A stretch of 64,000 bases of DNA from positions 1,183,695 to 1,247,694 of the forward strand of contig OY970346.1 in assembly GCA_963717685.1 (NCBI GenBank), given 5' to 3'. This document shows positions 1 to 9,779 of the stretch, in pieces. The position numbers and the translations under genes were made by a program. How positions within the stretch are numbered: the stretch's first letter is position 1; every line of letters starts with the position of its first letter. The notes beneath the pieces are model-generated. The model worked only from the letters and a program-made list of their open reading frames with translations, was not told the DNA's origin and ran no database searches. The DNA comes from an uncultured Bacteroidales bacterium (lineage in GTDB: Bacteria; Bacteroidota; Bacteroidia; Bacteroidales; VadinHA17).

Positions 1-166
1 CTAATTGATAACCTATCTCGGAACCTGTTAATATTGAAGTAGATTTGAAATAATTGTCTGGAGAAAAGGTTATTCCAATGCTCCAATTGCCTTTATTATC
101 TACTTTGTCTTGGGAAAACCCCATCAAGGAGTAAAAAAACAAGATACTGATTAGAAATGTTTTCAT
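1..166 (-). CDS. Partial CDS (N-terminus only, continues off the left edge): signal-peptide protein, possibly an outer-membrane beta-barrel
   Basis: ATG at 166-164 on the minus strand. Own translation is MKTFLISILFFYSLMGFSQDKVDNKGNWSIGITFSPDNYFKSTSILTGSEIGYQL. Absent from the ORF track because it is truncated. Confidence 0.4.
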   Translation of the reverse strand, partial: MKTFLISILFFYSLMGFSQDKVDNKGNWSIGITFSPDNYFKSTSILTGSEIGYQL

Positions 167-574
167 GGTTGGGATTTAAAAAGAGAGGTTTATTTTATGG
201 ATAGCCAGAAGTATTATTTTAACCGAATCAATTATTTGGTTTATAAATCTGTTAGATTAAAATGTTTTACAAACAAAACGAAGCACAATATAAAAGTTGC
301 AAAAATCATTCCATTCTTATACTTGTAGGATGAAATATATTACATATATCGATTTCTATAGTGGTTTTCAACTAAGTTGAATTTATCTAGATGCACTATC
401 GCTTAAGCCTAACGCTCTTATATATCTACCTATTAGGTAGATATATTTGTCAAATCGGGTATTTGTCGTTTAGCTTTTTGCCAGTTATTGTTTGTCCGTT
501 GTAGATAATAAGAAAGTTCAGTCATATAACCAGCACGCTGTCAGAGTTACACATCATTTTCCTTCCCTTTATCC

Positions 575-819
575 ATGCTTCCGCCCCGTCAGTCACATGG
601 GGAAAACCTTATCAAAACCTCTCTAATACCGATCTATTGGGTGTGCCTGACGAATGACCTTCTTTTATCCAATACAAGTTAAATAAATTCCGGGGAATGA
701 TGAAGGGATTTAAGAAAAATCAGATATATACAGTTGACTTTTTTGGGAATTTTGTTTATATTTTATTGAGAAAGGATTTACAAATGAGGGATGAAAAACA
801 GATAGAGGGATACAAGAAT
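575..819 (+). repeat. Repeat family D (~245-290 bp), copy D1 (precedes C1)
   Basis: ATGCTTCCGCCCCGTCAGTCACATGGGGAAAACCTTATCAAAACCTCTCTAATACCGATCTATTG..GACGAATGACCTTCTTTTATCCAATACAAGTTAAATAAATTCC... Confidence 0.65.
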
Positions 820-1065
820 GGTGTAAATTAACACCGACCTTTGTTTAAATTTAAACGAATTGTAATAAAATCCATCAAAAATCTAGTAAGAAACATGCAA
901 CAAAGAAAAACCAACTTATATTGGTTGTCATGACATAATATCTCCAGATGTCACCAGGTTAATTCTGGTTGCTTCTGGGGTAGTTACTAAGGATGGGAAG
1001 GGGAGATGCTTGGCAAAAGATAATCTGTCACCAGAACTCTTAAAACATAGTAGATATAATGAATT
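820..1065 (+). repeat. Repeat family C (~245 bp), copy C1, directly abutting MITE M1
   Basis: The head is a hairpin GGTGTAAATTAACACC plus CGACCTTTGTTTAAATTTAAACGAATTG. The body contains CCAGATGTCACCAGGTTAATTCTGGTTGCTTCTGGGG..GATGGGAAGGGGAGATGCTTGGCAAAAGATAATCTGTCACC. Confidence 0.7.
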
Positions 1066-1209
1066 AGATAAAATCCCTTCTTCCTTTGACCACTTCAAAA
1101 TCCGGTCAGATCTCACCGAACATACAAAACAAAACAACAAGGATTTAACTCCCCTTTAAAGGGTGGTCAATTTATTCCGGCGAAAAGTGGTCAGAGCCAC
1201 TGGCTTCTC
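1066..1209 (+). mobile_element. IS21-like MITE, full copy (M1)
   Basis: Left arm CTTTGACCACTTCAAAATCCGGTCA, core ACAAAACAAAACAACAA, right arm GGGTGGTCAATTTATTCCGGCGAAAAGTGGTCAG, and end GGCTTCTCC. Confidence 0.75.
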
Positions 1210-1292
1210 CGAAAATCAGGATTATCTGAAAAATCGCTCAAGTAATCGGAAATCAAAAGAGAAATAATCCGGACTTCTATTGAACCGTCAAG

Positions 1293-1487
1293 AAAGGTGT
1301 AAACGATCACCGACCTTTTCGTTTAAATTTAAACGAATATTTAAATAGATCAATAAAAAAATCGGCTGAATTGACCGATTTGAAGTGTTTGAATCAGGAT
1401 TTTTAAATCAGTTAGTGTCTTTGAATATTATTAGGGAGTATTTTTAATTTTGATTAACCCTGGACTATACTTTTCATGGCATTGTAT
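1293..1487 (+). repeat. Repeat family B (~190 bp), copy B1
   Basis: CACCGACCTTTTCGTTTAAATTTAAACGAAT, the hairpin AAAAAAATCGGCTGAATTGACCGATTT, and GTGTTTGAATCAGGATTTTTAAATCAGTTAGTGTCTTTGAATATTAT..GGAGTATTTTTAATT. Confidence 0.7.
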
Positions 1488-1690
1488 GAGTCAGCAGTTG
1501 TAATTCAAGAAAAAATAGTTGTCATTTCAGACAGTATGTCACAATTATTGCAAAAATATGTCAAACCAGTCTTTCGGATGAACATATGTGTTTTAATTAT
1601 GTTAAATCATCTAATTGAGAAGAGATTGATTTTTACTGACATGATCCTAATAAATTCATTATTAATTAAACAATTTAATTTCATAATAAC

Positions 1691-2434
1691 ATGTTCTCTT
1701 TGGCAAATTTATTTACTCAGAATAAGAGTATAGTCAAGTCACGAAGAAAAACCGAGAACAGAAACTTCCGTATTCCCTTAATCGGGGAGCAGGCCCCATC
1801 ATTTACTACTGAATCAACAGCAGGAACAATCCATTTTCCTTTTGATTTTGGCAGTAACTGGAAGGTAATTCTAAGTCACCCGATGGACTTTACTCCTGTT
1901 TGCTCGACAGAATTAATTGAGCTGGCCAACCTTCAGGATGAATTTGAAGAGCTTGGGGTCAAGATCATAACAGTTTCCACAGATCCCCTTGAAACACACA
2001 AACAATGGAAGAAAACTCTTGAACAGATTGAATATAAAGGATATCCCCGACAGAAGATTAATTTTCCAATTGTGGATGATTCCAGTTTGGTCATTGCAAA
2101 GTTATATGGGATGATCCATCTTGAATCGGAAAACAATCGAGATGTCAGGGGCGTATTTGTTATTGATCCCGACAACAAGATCAGAGCAGAATACTTTTAC
2201 CCGCAGGAGGTTGGGAGAAACATGGATGAGCTTCTAAGAACAATTATTGCTCTTCAGACAACAGACAATGACAAAGTTATGACACCAGCCAATTGGAAGA
2301 CCGGGAATGATGTGCTAATCCCCTTTCCCCTAAAAGCTAATATGTCAGCCATGAATAAAGAATCAGGAGAATATTATCAGGTTGCGTGGTTCCTGATATT
2401 TAAAAAAGGGATTGACGGAACCCTATTGGAATAA
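1691..2434 (+). CDS. Peroxiredoxin, 1-Cys (Prx6-like) AhpC/TSA family
   Basis: FTPVCSTELIELA peroxidatic-Cys motif, a thioredoxin-fold pattern, and a C-terminal 1-Cys Prx extension. TAA stop. Confidence 0.9.
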   Translation: MFSLANLFTQNKSIVKSRRKTENRNFRIPLIGEQAPSFTTESTAGTIHFPFDFGSNWKVILSHPMDFTPVCSTELIELANLQDEFEELGVKIITVSTDPLETHKQWKKTLEQIEYKGYPRQKINFPIVDDSSLVIAKLYGMIHLESENNRDVRGVFVIDPDNKIRAEYFYPQEVGRNMDELLRTIIALQTTDNDKVMTPANWKTGNDVLIPFPLKANMSAMNKESGEYYQVAWFLIFKKGIDGTLLE

Positions 2435-2501
2435 AACCGGACAATATGACCATATTCGCTTGACACACATCGCTATAAAACAAATATTCAGCTTTGGATT
2501 A

Positions 2502-2540
2502 TGGTGGTCAATTAATAATTACGGTCAACTATTGTCAATG
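2502..2540 (+). mobile_element. MITE fragment (right arm only)
   Basis: tggtggtcaattaataattacggtcaact. Confidence 0.4.
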
Positions 2541-2594
2541 TATGTGGGGTCGCGCCTTATATGATTATAAGAGATAAAGTGAAATTAAGCTGGT

Positions 2595-3413
2595 TCAATA
2601 AAGTTTGAAATTGAAGGGTACTGTAAACCATACGGGGACGGGTCTTCCGGACTGTTTGCCTGGTTTAAATGGTGGGAATGTTTTTACAACCCTTATCGCT
2701 TCAGCATCAAGTAAGGAATCGACACCTTTTATAATACTGATTTTATCGACATTGCCTTTAGAAGTCACGCAAAACCTTACAAATACTTTTCCCTGGATGT
2801 TGTTGTCTTTTTCTGTCTGCGGATATTTTGTGTTTTCAGCAATGTACTTTAAAAGGCCTGGCAACCCTCCGGGGGGCTCCGGCATCTCTTCAACCGATAT
2901 AAAAGGTTCGGGGTCAGCCTCAGCCTCCTGCGACTCTTCCCTGACTTCCTTCACCGGAATAGCTGCTTCTTCGTTCTTAATTTTGTTCTGTGCATCATCA
3001 GCAGTCATAAGTTGTGACATTTCTTCAGGTTTAACCGAGTCTACGACGACCGGTGGTAAATATTTAGCTTGCTGAAATGCGTCTGTGGGTGGGGGTGGAG
3101 GAGGAGGGGGGGGTGCAACGATTTCATTTGGCGGATCTAAATTTTCCAGCCTGATCTCTACCAGTCTTTCAGTATTATTTCTATGGTTTACCAAAGCTTT
3201 GGCATTAGCGTAAGGAATAAGAATTGCAGCAGCCATAATATTGATTCCAATCAAAAGAGAAATGATGACATTGAAGCTGTACTTCTTTCGCAGGATATAA
3301 GCTCCGTACCTCTTGTTCCTGCGCTCGAATACGATATCATTAAAATCAGGAATTCTGTTCAATTCTCTTGTCATGAAATATTTCATGATCAATATTTTAA
3401 TAAAATATGACAT
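2595..3413 (-). CDS. TonB family energy transducer
   Basis: N-terminal TM anchor (YGAYILRKKYSFNVIISLLIGINIMAAAILI), a PPPPPPPPP proline-rich spacer, and a C-terminal TonB domain (PGGLPGLLKYIAENTKYPQTEKDNNIQGKVFVRFCV..GRPVPVWFTVPFNFKL). The true start may be an internal Met. Confidence 0.85.
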   Translation of the reverse strand: MSYFIKILIMKYFMTRELNRIPDFNDIVFERRNKRYGAYILRKKYSFNVIISLLIGINIMAAAILIPYANAKALVNHRNNTERLVEIRLENLDPPNEIVAPPPPPPPPPTDAFQQAKYLPPVVVDSVKPEEMSQLMTADDAQNKIKNEEAAIPVKEVREESQEAEADPEPFISVEEMPEPPGGLPGLLKYIAENTKYPQTEKDNNIQGKVFVRFCVTSKGNVDKISIIKGVDSLLDAEAIRVVKTFPPFKPGKQSGRPVPVWFTVPFNFKLY

Positions 3414-3551
3414 GACACAAACAAAATGTGAAACAAAATGTTCAGATATATTAAATAAATGATATCAAATTTCTTCTTTTAAAAAACTATCTCATTTGTC
3501 TCATAATCAGCGCCCCCAATGCCGACCATTACATAATTATGAATCATGATC

Positions 3552-3690
3552 TTAAAATCAGCCCTTCCCTGACCACCTCAAAATCCGGTCAGATTCCCAT
3601 TGACATACAATACAAAACAACAAATCTTTAACTCCCCTTCTTAGGGTGGTCAATTTATTAAGGCCAATGGTGAGCCCCGTGAGTAGCGTT
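3552..3690 (+). mobile_element. IS21-like MITE (M2)
   Basis: CCCTGACCACCTCAAAATCCGGTCA .. GGGTGGTCAATTTATTAAGGCCAA. Confidence 0.7.
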
Positions 3691-3771
3691 ATCAACATAC
3701 CAAGAAACCCAGCAAGTTTATTGAGTATATTATGACTGGTTCCCTATTATAATTATAAGATAACTTTAAGA

Positions 3772-4755
3772 TTATCTCAGGAAAGTTCTTATCAAATTAA
3801 ATTCTTTATCCCGTTCTTCAATTTGCGGAAGGTGTCCTGAATGTTCAAACATCACAAACTTAGCTTGCGGACAATATTTTTTGTAGAGTATTGCTAATTT
3901 TGGAACTGCAACACGGTCATATCTTCCAGTAATAATTAAAACTGGCATTTTTAAATTCTTCAATTCATTTCTGACATCAAATTTTCCAACTTCATTTCCA
4001 ACAACAAAATCTCCATCCTCTCCTACATAGTGATAATATAACTTTCTATTGAAATTGTTTGGATAGCTTTTGTCTTCAAGAAGGAGATTAACATTATAAG
4101 GACAATAAAAATACAATAGAGGTGAATGAAATCTACCATATAAATCCGAATGTTTGGCATCTGAACTGCGGTATCCCTGGGAGCGCAAAACCATCAATGA
4201 GTCCCACAGTTCAGGATCATTTTCGGCATATTCACGATTAGAATTATCATTATTTTCCTGCCACATGGAGTTGCTGTATATTCCATCTGCAATAATGAGA
4301 TGCTTAAGATTTATTCCATATTTGACAGCGTACAATTTAGCAATTATACTCCCGAAAGAATGTCCTAACAAATTAATTTTATCGAATCCCAGTGCTTTAC
4401 GAATGCCTTAAACATCTTCGACATCTCGAGCAATGCTATACTGAGAAATATCACTTGTAGTGTCCGATTTCCCTCTCCCAAAGTTATCTATAAATACAAG
4501 GAGAGATGAATCTTTCAGTCCATCAAAATTATGCATATACACATGAGAATTTCCTGGGCCACCTGCAATTAAAAATAATGGATCCCCCTTCCCTTCAGTT
4601 TCAATCCAAAGTTTAGCTCCATTAACAATAACATACTTCCCTGGCGGATGTGTAAATGTAGTTTGAGTTTTAGTACAGCTTAGAAAAAGAAATAAGCTTA
4701 TGATAATAGCTATTATTTTATTTTCGGGAATTAAATTTAAATAAAGATATTTCAT
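3772..4755 (-). pseudogene. Alpha/beta hydrolase (proline iminopeptidase-like) interrupted by one in-frame TAA
   Basis: ORFs 4408-4755 and 3772-4371 are in the same frame. The TAA is at 4408-4410 (plus-strand tta). Read-through gives ..ARDVEDV*GIRKALGFDKINLLGHSFGS.., which joins the GGPG oxyanion region to the GHSFG nucleophile elbow. Confidence 0.8.
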
Positions 4756-4878
4756 TTGGTTATTTTTATTTCGTTCGATTCCTTAATATGTCTCCTAAAG
4801 GTAAACATATTTAACCAATTATAAAGATAATAGGTGACTTAAAACCAATCACAAAAGAAAGATAAGCTGGATTTAAAA

Positions 4879-5023
4879 TGTAAAATCTGTCCTTCTTTGA
4901 CCACCTCAAAAATCCGGTCATAGAGCACGTAACATACAATCCCAAACAACAATAATTTAACTCCCCTTTAAAGGGTGGTCAGTTCAGGACGGCCAAACAA
5001 AATCAAGGTCTCTGGCTTTTCCA
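4879..5023 (+). mobile_element. IS21-like MITE, full (M3)
   Basis: TGTAAAATCTGTCCTTCTTTGACCACC .. GGGTGGTCAG .. CTGGCTTTTCCA. Confidence 0.75.
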
Positions 5024-5161
5024 CCAAGGGGAGGAATGAGGTAAATTAGGACTGATTGCAGTATATTTTTTTGGAATATTCTATATAAAGTTATAATAAA
5101 CAAGAAAGAATCGGGATAATATTTTATAATTATATTTAAAAATTAATAATAATATTCAGGC

Positions 5162-5959
5162 ATGAAAACAGCAATTATTACTGGAGGTACCAGGGGCATT
5201 GGTGCTGGACTTGTAAGAGATTTCCTGCGATGTGGTTGGAATGTTGCATACTCAGGAACGACTGAGAGATCAATAGAAAAATCATTATTATCGCTTTCAG
5301 GAAAATTTAAAGAAGGAACCTATGTCGTATTGAAATGTGATGTAACAAATGAAAAGGATCTTAATGATCTATGGGAAAGTACCTTGAAAAGCTTTGGGAA
5401 GGTCGACATTTGGGTAAATAATGCAGGAGTTGCTAATGAGCAGGCTCCATTTCATCAGATTTCGCCTGATATATTCATAAAAATAATTGACACAAATGTT
5501 AAAGGGTTGATGCTTTCAACATATGTGGCTTATAACCGGATGTTAATACAGGGTTTTGGAGCAATTTACAATATGGAAGGTCTGGGAAGTGACGGAAGAA
5601 TGATTCCTGGATTGACACCATATGGGACATCTAAAAGAGCTGTTGGGTATTTTACTGATGCATTTGCAAAAGAGATAAAAAATGGTCCTGTGATTGTAGG
5701 CACTATTAGGCCTGGAATGGTTTTGACTGATATGACTCTTGAACCATTGAGGAAAGATCCGACTAAAAACAAACAGCTTATCAGGATATATAATATTCTT
5801 GCAAATGAACCTGAGACAGTAACTCCCTTCCTTGTAAGAAAGATGATAAAAAACAAAAAAAAGGGAGCAAAGATATCATGGCTTTCATCATTGAAGGTAA
5901 TGAAAAGATTTATATCCGCACCCTTCACTAAGAGAGATATAGTCGGCAAATATATTTAA
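5162..5959 (+). CDS. Short-chain dehydrogenase/reductase (SDR)
   Basis: TGGTRGIG cofactor motif, NNAG, and the catalytic YGTSK (YxxxK). Confidence 0.9.
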   Translation: MKTAIITGGTRGIGAGLVRDFLRCGWNVAYSGTTERSIEKSLLSLSGKFKEGTYVVLKCDVTNEKDLNDLWESTLKSFGKVDIWVNNAGVANEQAPFHQISPDIFIKIIDTNVKGLMLSTYVAYNRMLIQGFGAIYNMEGLGSDGRMIPGLTPYGTSKRAVGYFTDAFAKEIKNGPVIVGTIRPGMVLTDMTLEPLRKDPTKNKQLIRIYNILANEPETVTPFLVRKMIKNKKKGAKISWLSSLKVMKRFISAPFTKRDIVGKYI

Positions 5960-5976
5960 TTGGAAATCCTATAATA

Positions 5977-6117
5977 TCCAAAAACCAGACACCTTGAACA
6001 TATTTGTTCTGTCAGATTTCCCTCAACACCCAAAACAAAACAACAAATATTTAACTCCCCTTTAAAGGATGGTCAATTTGAAACGGCCAACGATGGTCAA
6101 GGGCAATGGCTTTTCGA
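5977..6117 (+). mobile_element. IS21-like MITE, diverged left arm (M4)
   Basis: .. GGATGGTCAATTTGAAACGGCCAACGATGGTCAAGGGCAATGGCTTTTCG. Confidence 0.7.
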
Positions 6118-6162
6118 GGCAGACAATTAATTATTTTAAGAAATATTTAGTAAAAGGACAAG

Positions 6163-6909
6163 TTAATGAATATATGAATATTTCTTCAATCGTTCCTTAT
6201 TCTTATTGAAATTATCAATACTCCTGTTAATGGGAATCCTGATTTTGATAGTTCCAACTAGAGTACCGATTGCAAGTCCATCTAAACCACCCAAAACTCC
6301 GCCAATTGTTGCCTTGTCCGATGCACTCCAGACAAATAAATCAAAAGAACCTGGTGTAGGATGATCACTGCCCTGTGAATATCCTATTATTGCACCCGCC
6401 AATGATCCTATAATTAAGCCGGACAAGGCTCCTCTTATAATAGAATTTTTACAACGCGTTTCAATAATTCCAATTTTTTTGTATTCTATTTCTGTTGTTT
6501 GATACTTGCCTGATAAAAAGTCCCTTTTATTTAAATAATTTGCTCCTATAATGGAAGAATCCTTTATTTGATACAAAACATCTGCTCTTCTTGGTTGCCC
6601 ATAAAAAACAGCTCCACTTTTTGTGTAGTTATCTAATTTAATCCATGTACGGTAAATCCTGGACTTTTGCAGGGTATCTTTTTTTTCAATGGAAGGCTCT
6701 TTTGTTATTTTTAAAATCTTATTCATATTAAAAACTAATAGCTTATTATCGGCAGTTTGAATCTCGACGGAGTTATCATTATCCCCTTCAATAATTTTCC
6801 CATTAATACTTGTTCCATTCTTCAGGTAAATTGTATCCTGATACCCTTTCTGGGCAAGCATGACACTGCTGACAGTGATCAAAATAATTAATGATAAAGA
6901 TTTCTTCAT
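6163..6909 (-). CDS. Secreted hypothetical protein with a C-terminal glycine-zipper membrane segment
   Basis: Signal peptide MKKSLSLIILITVSSVMLAQ, and a Gly-rich segment GALSGLIIGSLAGAIIGY..GGVLGGLDGLAIGTLVG. The first ~55 aa are shared with the CDS at 8585-9337. Confidence 0.6.
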   Translation of the reverse strand: MKKSLSLIILITVSSVMLAQKGYQDTIYLKNGTSINGKIIEGDNDNSVEIQTADNKLLVFNMNKILKITKEPSIEKKDTLQKSRIYRTWIKLDNYTKSGAVFYGQPRRADVLYQIKDSSIIGANYLNKRDFLSGKYQTTEIEYKKIGIIETRCKNSIIRGALSGLIIGSLAGAIIGYSQGSDHPTPGSFDLFVWSASDKATIGGVLGGLDGLAIGTLVGTIKIRIPINRSIDNFNKNKERLKKYSYIH

Positions 6910-7120
6910 GGCGTTATTCCTTTTTATTTATTCAAAAACCAACTCAAGGCAAAATAATATTTCAGTTTGTTTACTCATAAGGTCATTCACTCTTTACTCT
7001 TTATTGAAATTTCAAATATTTCTTTTCTTTTAATGCAGTAAGATGATTAATAATAAGAGCAACCCGAACGCCACTAATCGATAACTATAATGTTATAATC
7101 ACAGAACCTTAATGATTCCT

Positions 7121-7645
7121 TTAAAAATGACCTACATAAATATGACCTATATTAAAACTCCAATTTAGATTCGAAATACTTTTTAACGCCCGATACACAA
7201 GCCAATAAGACCCTGCGGCCAGAACTGCAGCGCCACAGATTTCAACAAGTAGAATAGTCTTTGCTTTATTAAAAGATTTCACATTAACCTTTACAATGCC
7301 ATTAAGAGGTACACTTAAAATATTATCCTCCGCATTAATCTTCAACTCTGTATCTGACGAGAGATAAACTTTAATTTTATCCCCTTTAGGAAAAAGTGTC
7401 ACTGTATTATTTATTTTACCTGATAATATCCCATTTGAGACCATGGTGTTATCAGGCTTATACTTTATTTTTTTGCCAGTAATTTCATTTTTGCCATATA
7501 TTATATAATGATGTTTCCCGGGATCAGGAATCGGGAGGCTGGAACCTGAAACAACTTTATAACTGTAGCAACCTGAAATTTGAATCGACAGAATGAAGAT
7601 CATAAATACAGAAATAATCTTCTGGAGCAGGGAATGTCTTTTCAT
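7121..7645 (-). CDS. Hypothetical lipoprotein with a C-terminal TM segment
   Basis: Lipobox-like ISGCYSYKV. The architecture resembles the N-terminal domain of the 542-aa protein at 10945-12564 (NGCYYFKV..). Confidence 0.55.
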   Translation of the reverse strand: MKRHSLLQKIISVFMIFILSIQISGCYSYKVVSGSSLPIPDPGKHHYIIYGKNEITGKKIKYKPDNTMVSNGILSGKINNTVTLFPKGDKIKVYLSSDTELKINAEDNILSVPLNGIVKVNVKSFNKAKTILLVEICGAAVLAAGSYWLVYRALKSISNLNWSFNIGHIYVGHF

Positions 7646-7703
7646 AGTTTTTAATTTTAAATAGTCTTCCAGGCAATTTTATTTGGTCATAGAAATGTTT
7701 CAG

Positions 7704-8462
7704 TTAGTAACTAAACTCACAGATTACAGAATCCTGTTGATATCCGTCATAAGAACTTTCATACATTTTGGTTGGTAATGAATTGCTGTTATATTCATAT
7801 TTTAATGACATCCTCGATGTGCTTTGTCCTGATGCTGCTATTGCCTCAATGACGTTATTCTTGGTGGGTGGTGACACAAAGTATGCTCCCACATTGATCA
7901 TGCCTGTTAAAACTGCGGGTTGCTCCGGAAAGCCAATAAAGGGGTTTACCATATTGTCGTATGTGACTGTATAATGGGCATTTAGAAAATCTGCAGAGAT
8001 TACATCTCCTTCAGAATTCCAATCCATACTTAAAGTATCTTCGGGGGAACCGGGATATGAGACGGACACAAGCTCATGCTGGTCATTGTAATGCCAGCAC
8101 TGCGTCCATGAATTCTGGATGTTTCTGACTGTATCAATATCGCCGTTTTTATCATAACTGTAATTAATAATAAGATTCTCAGAGTTCCACCTGATCTGAA
8201 TCAATTTGTTGTTGCTGTCATATTTAAAGAGCATCGAATCCCTGCTTTTATCGGAATAAATTACTGTCAATTGAACCGGGCTGCCAGACAGGTAACTGAA
8301 CTGATAAGTAGTCACAACATTATATGTCACATCTGTACTGATAATCTGTTTAATCCCGGAAGAAGCAAGATTTAAATCGCTCTCCTCGTTTTTCTTTGAA
8401 CAAGAATATAAGATCAAACCAGCCAGGCAGGACATAAATAATATCGAGTATCTTATTTTCAT
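7704..8462 (-). CDS. Hypothetical lipoprotein with YD-repeat-like segments
   Basis: Preferred start is the ATG at 8462 (MKIRYSILFMSCLAGLILYSCSKK, with a lipobox). The track start at 8522 is GTG. Repeats resemble YDKNGD / YDSNNKL. Confidence 0.6.
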   Translation of the reverse strand: MKIRYSILFMSCLAGLILYSCSKKNEESDLNLASSGIKQIISTDVTYNVVTTYQFSYLSGSPVQLTVIYSDKSRDSMLFKYDSNNKLIQIRWNSENLIINYSYDKNGDIDTVRNIQNSWTQCWHYNDQHELVSVSYPGSPEDTLSMDWNSEGDVISADFLNAHYTVTYDNMVNPFIGFPEQPAVLTGMINVGAYFVSPPTKNNVIEAIAASGQSTSRMSLKYEYNSNSLPTKMYESSYDGYQQDSVICEFSY

Positions 8463-8584
8463 TTTTAGAAGTTTTATTAAACCTTTTTTCATGATTTGAA
8501 ATTTTAGTTTTTCAACGTTCACTACTTACTCTTTTCTGAATTTTCATGTATCTCCTTACAGCCCATCAAAGAATTATTGACAGA

Positions 8585-9337
8585 TTATTTTAGTCTGTAT
8601 GCTATGCCGAACCCAATTGATATAGTCTCATAATGAATATAATAAGGCCACAATAAACCATTGATTGTCCCTGATGATGTGAAATAGCCGGCGTTTAAGA
8701 AAAATGCAATTCTTTCATCAGCATTATAATGAAATCCAGTATCAAAACCATATGCAAAGACAGGATTCCCATAAACGCTTACAAATGAAGCGCCAATCAT
8801 CGGCCTTAATTCCCACCGGAATTTTTCTGAAATTGGAAATGAAAACAATGGACCTGCCATACAATTGACATAGCTGTAATTCCAATTGGTGTAGTTCCCT
8901 GCAGAAGGGTTTGCTGCTCCGCATAATATAGCTGTGACTCCAAAATTGTCAGTGAATAAATAACCAAAATCTGCCAGGGTTAATTGAATACCTGTTTTAG
9001 TCTGATAATCATAGCCACTTAAAGGAATTGACGGGCCAGTTGACAAGCCAATGTATCCTTTTCTTTTTGCGACTGAATTAGTTGTTAAATCAGTAGCGTT
9101 ATTAGGTCTCTTTACTATTTTTTCAATCTGATCCATTTTAAAATAAAAATATATTTTATCGACAGATTGAATCTCGACGGATTTGTCTTTAGCCATTTCA
9201 ATGATTTTCCCATTAATACTTGTTCCGTTCTTAAGGTAAATTGTATCCTGATAACCTTTCTGGGCAAGCATGACACTGCTGACAGTAATCAAAATAATTA
9301 ATGATAAAGATTTCCTGATCGCATTATTCTTTTTCAT
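8585..9337 (-). CDS. Secreted hypothetical protein, probable small beta-barrel OMP
   Basis: Preferred ATG at 9337 (MKKNNAIRKSLSLIILITVSSVMLAQ). The C-terminal half has alternating aromatic/Gly residues and ends ..SIGFGIAYRLK. The N-terminal module is ~90% identical in DNA to 6740-6909. Confidence 0.6.
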   Translation of the reverse strand: MKKNNAIRKSLSLIILITVSSVMLAQKGYQDTIYLKNGTSINGKIIEMAKDKSVEIQSVDKIYFYFKMDQIEKIVKRPNNATDLTTNSVAKRKGYIGLSTGPSIPLSGYDYQTKTGIQLTLADFGYLFTDNFGVTAILCGAANPSAGNYTNWNYSYVNCMAGPLFSFPISEKFRWELRPMIGASFVSVYGNPVFAYGFDTGFHYNADERIAFFLNAGYFTSSGTINGLLWPYYIHYETISIGFGIAYRLK

Positions 9338-9404
9338 GGCATAATAATTATAAAGTTCCCTTACTCTTGAGTTTTTAAGCATATACTTTTAACTCTTAAA
9401 ACAG

Positions 9405-9539
9405 GAAGAGAAATTCAACAATCAGGCCAATAATTATAACTATAAGATAAACAGTTATTTATAAAAAAAGACAAGATAAAACTGAATCATTATTGTAGCG
9501 TTTTGGTACAATTAAGTGATTCAGAATACTACACTTATT
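9405..9539 (+). repeat. Repeat family E (~140 bp), copy E1 (precedes M5)
   Basis: AAATTCAACAATCAGGCCAATAATTATAACTATAAGATAAACAGTTAT..GAATCATTATTGTAGCGTTTTGGTACAATTAAGTGATTCAGAATACTACACTTATT. Confidence 0.65.
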
Positions 9540-9680
9540 CGTAAAAGTCAGACAGCCTGACCCCAATTGGCCAGTTAGATTATCATTGACATACAATACA
9601 AAAACACAATTGTTTAACTTCTCTTTAGATGGGAGTCAATTTAAACCGGCCAACTATGGGCAAGGGCACTGACTTTACCA
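9540..9680 (+). mobile_element. IS21-like MITE, diverged (M5)
   Basis: CGTAAAAGTCAGACAGCCTGACCCCA .. GGGAGTCAATTTAAACCGGCCAAC .. CACTGACTTTACCA. Confidence 0.6.
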
Positions 9681-9779
9681 TTATTTATCACAATTTATTT
9701 ACCGCAAGGCAAATGAATAAGCAGTTATGCAAATAATAAATCTTAGGTTTTATAGTGTTATATAGCCAACAGAGAGATA

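Noticed and set aside
928-1140. Small ORFs with similar-looking peptides (..CFK.PGDR.SFAK..PFPS....PEATRINLVTSG..) at 928-1140, 20663-20926, 27715-27930, 46415-46618 and 31414-31644
   Set aside because: They straddle repeat C and the MITE. They start and stop at different places in different copies, and one is cut by IS256. The similarity is explained by DNA-level repeat identity. There is no convincing start context and no recognisable family.
1476-1733. 85-aa ORF upstream of and overlapping the peroxiredoxin start
   Set aside because: It lies in AT-rich leader DNA, partly within repeat B, with a low-complexity Ile/Leu/Asn composition. It overlaps a well-supported gene.
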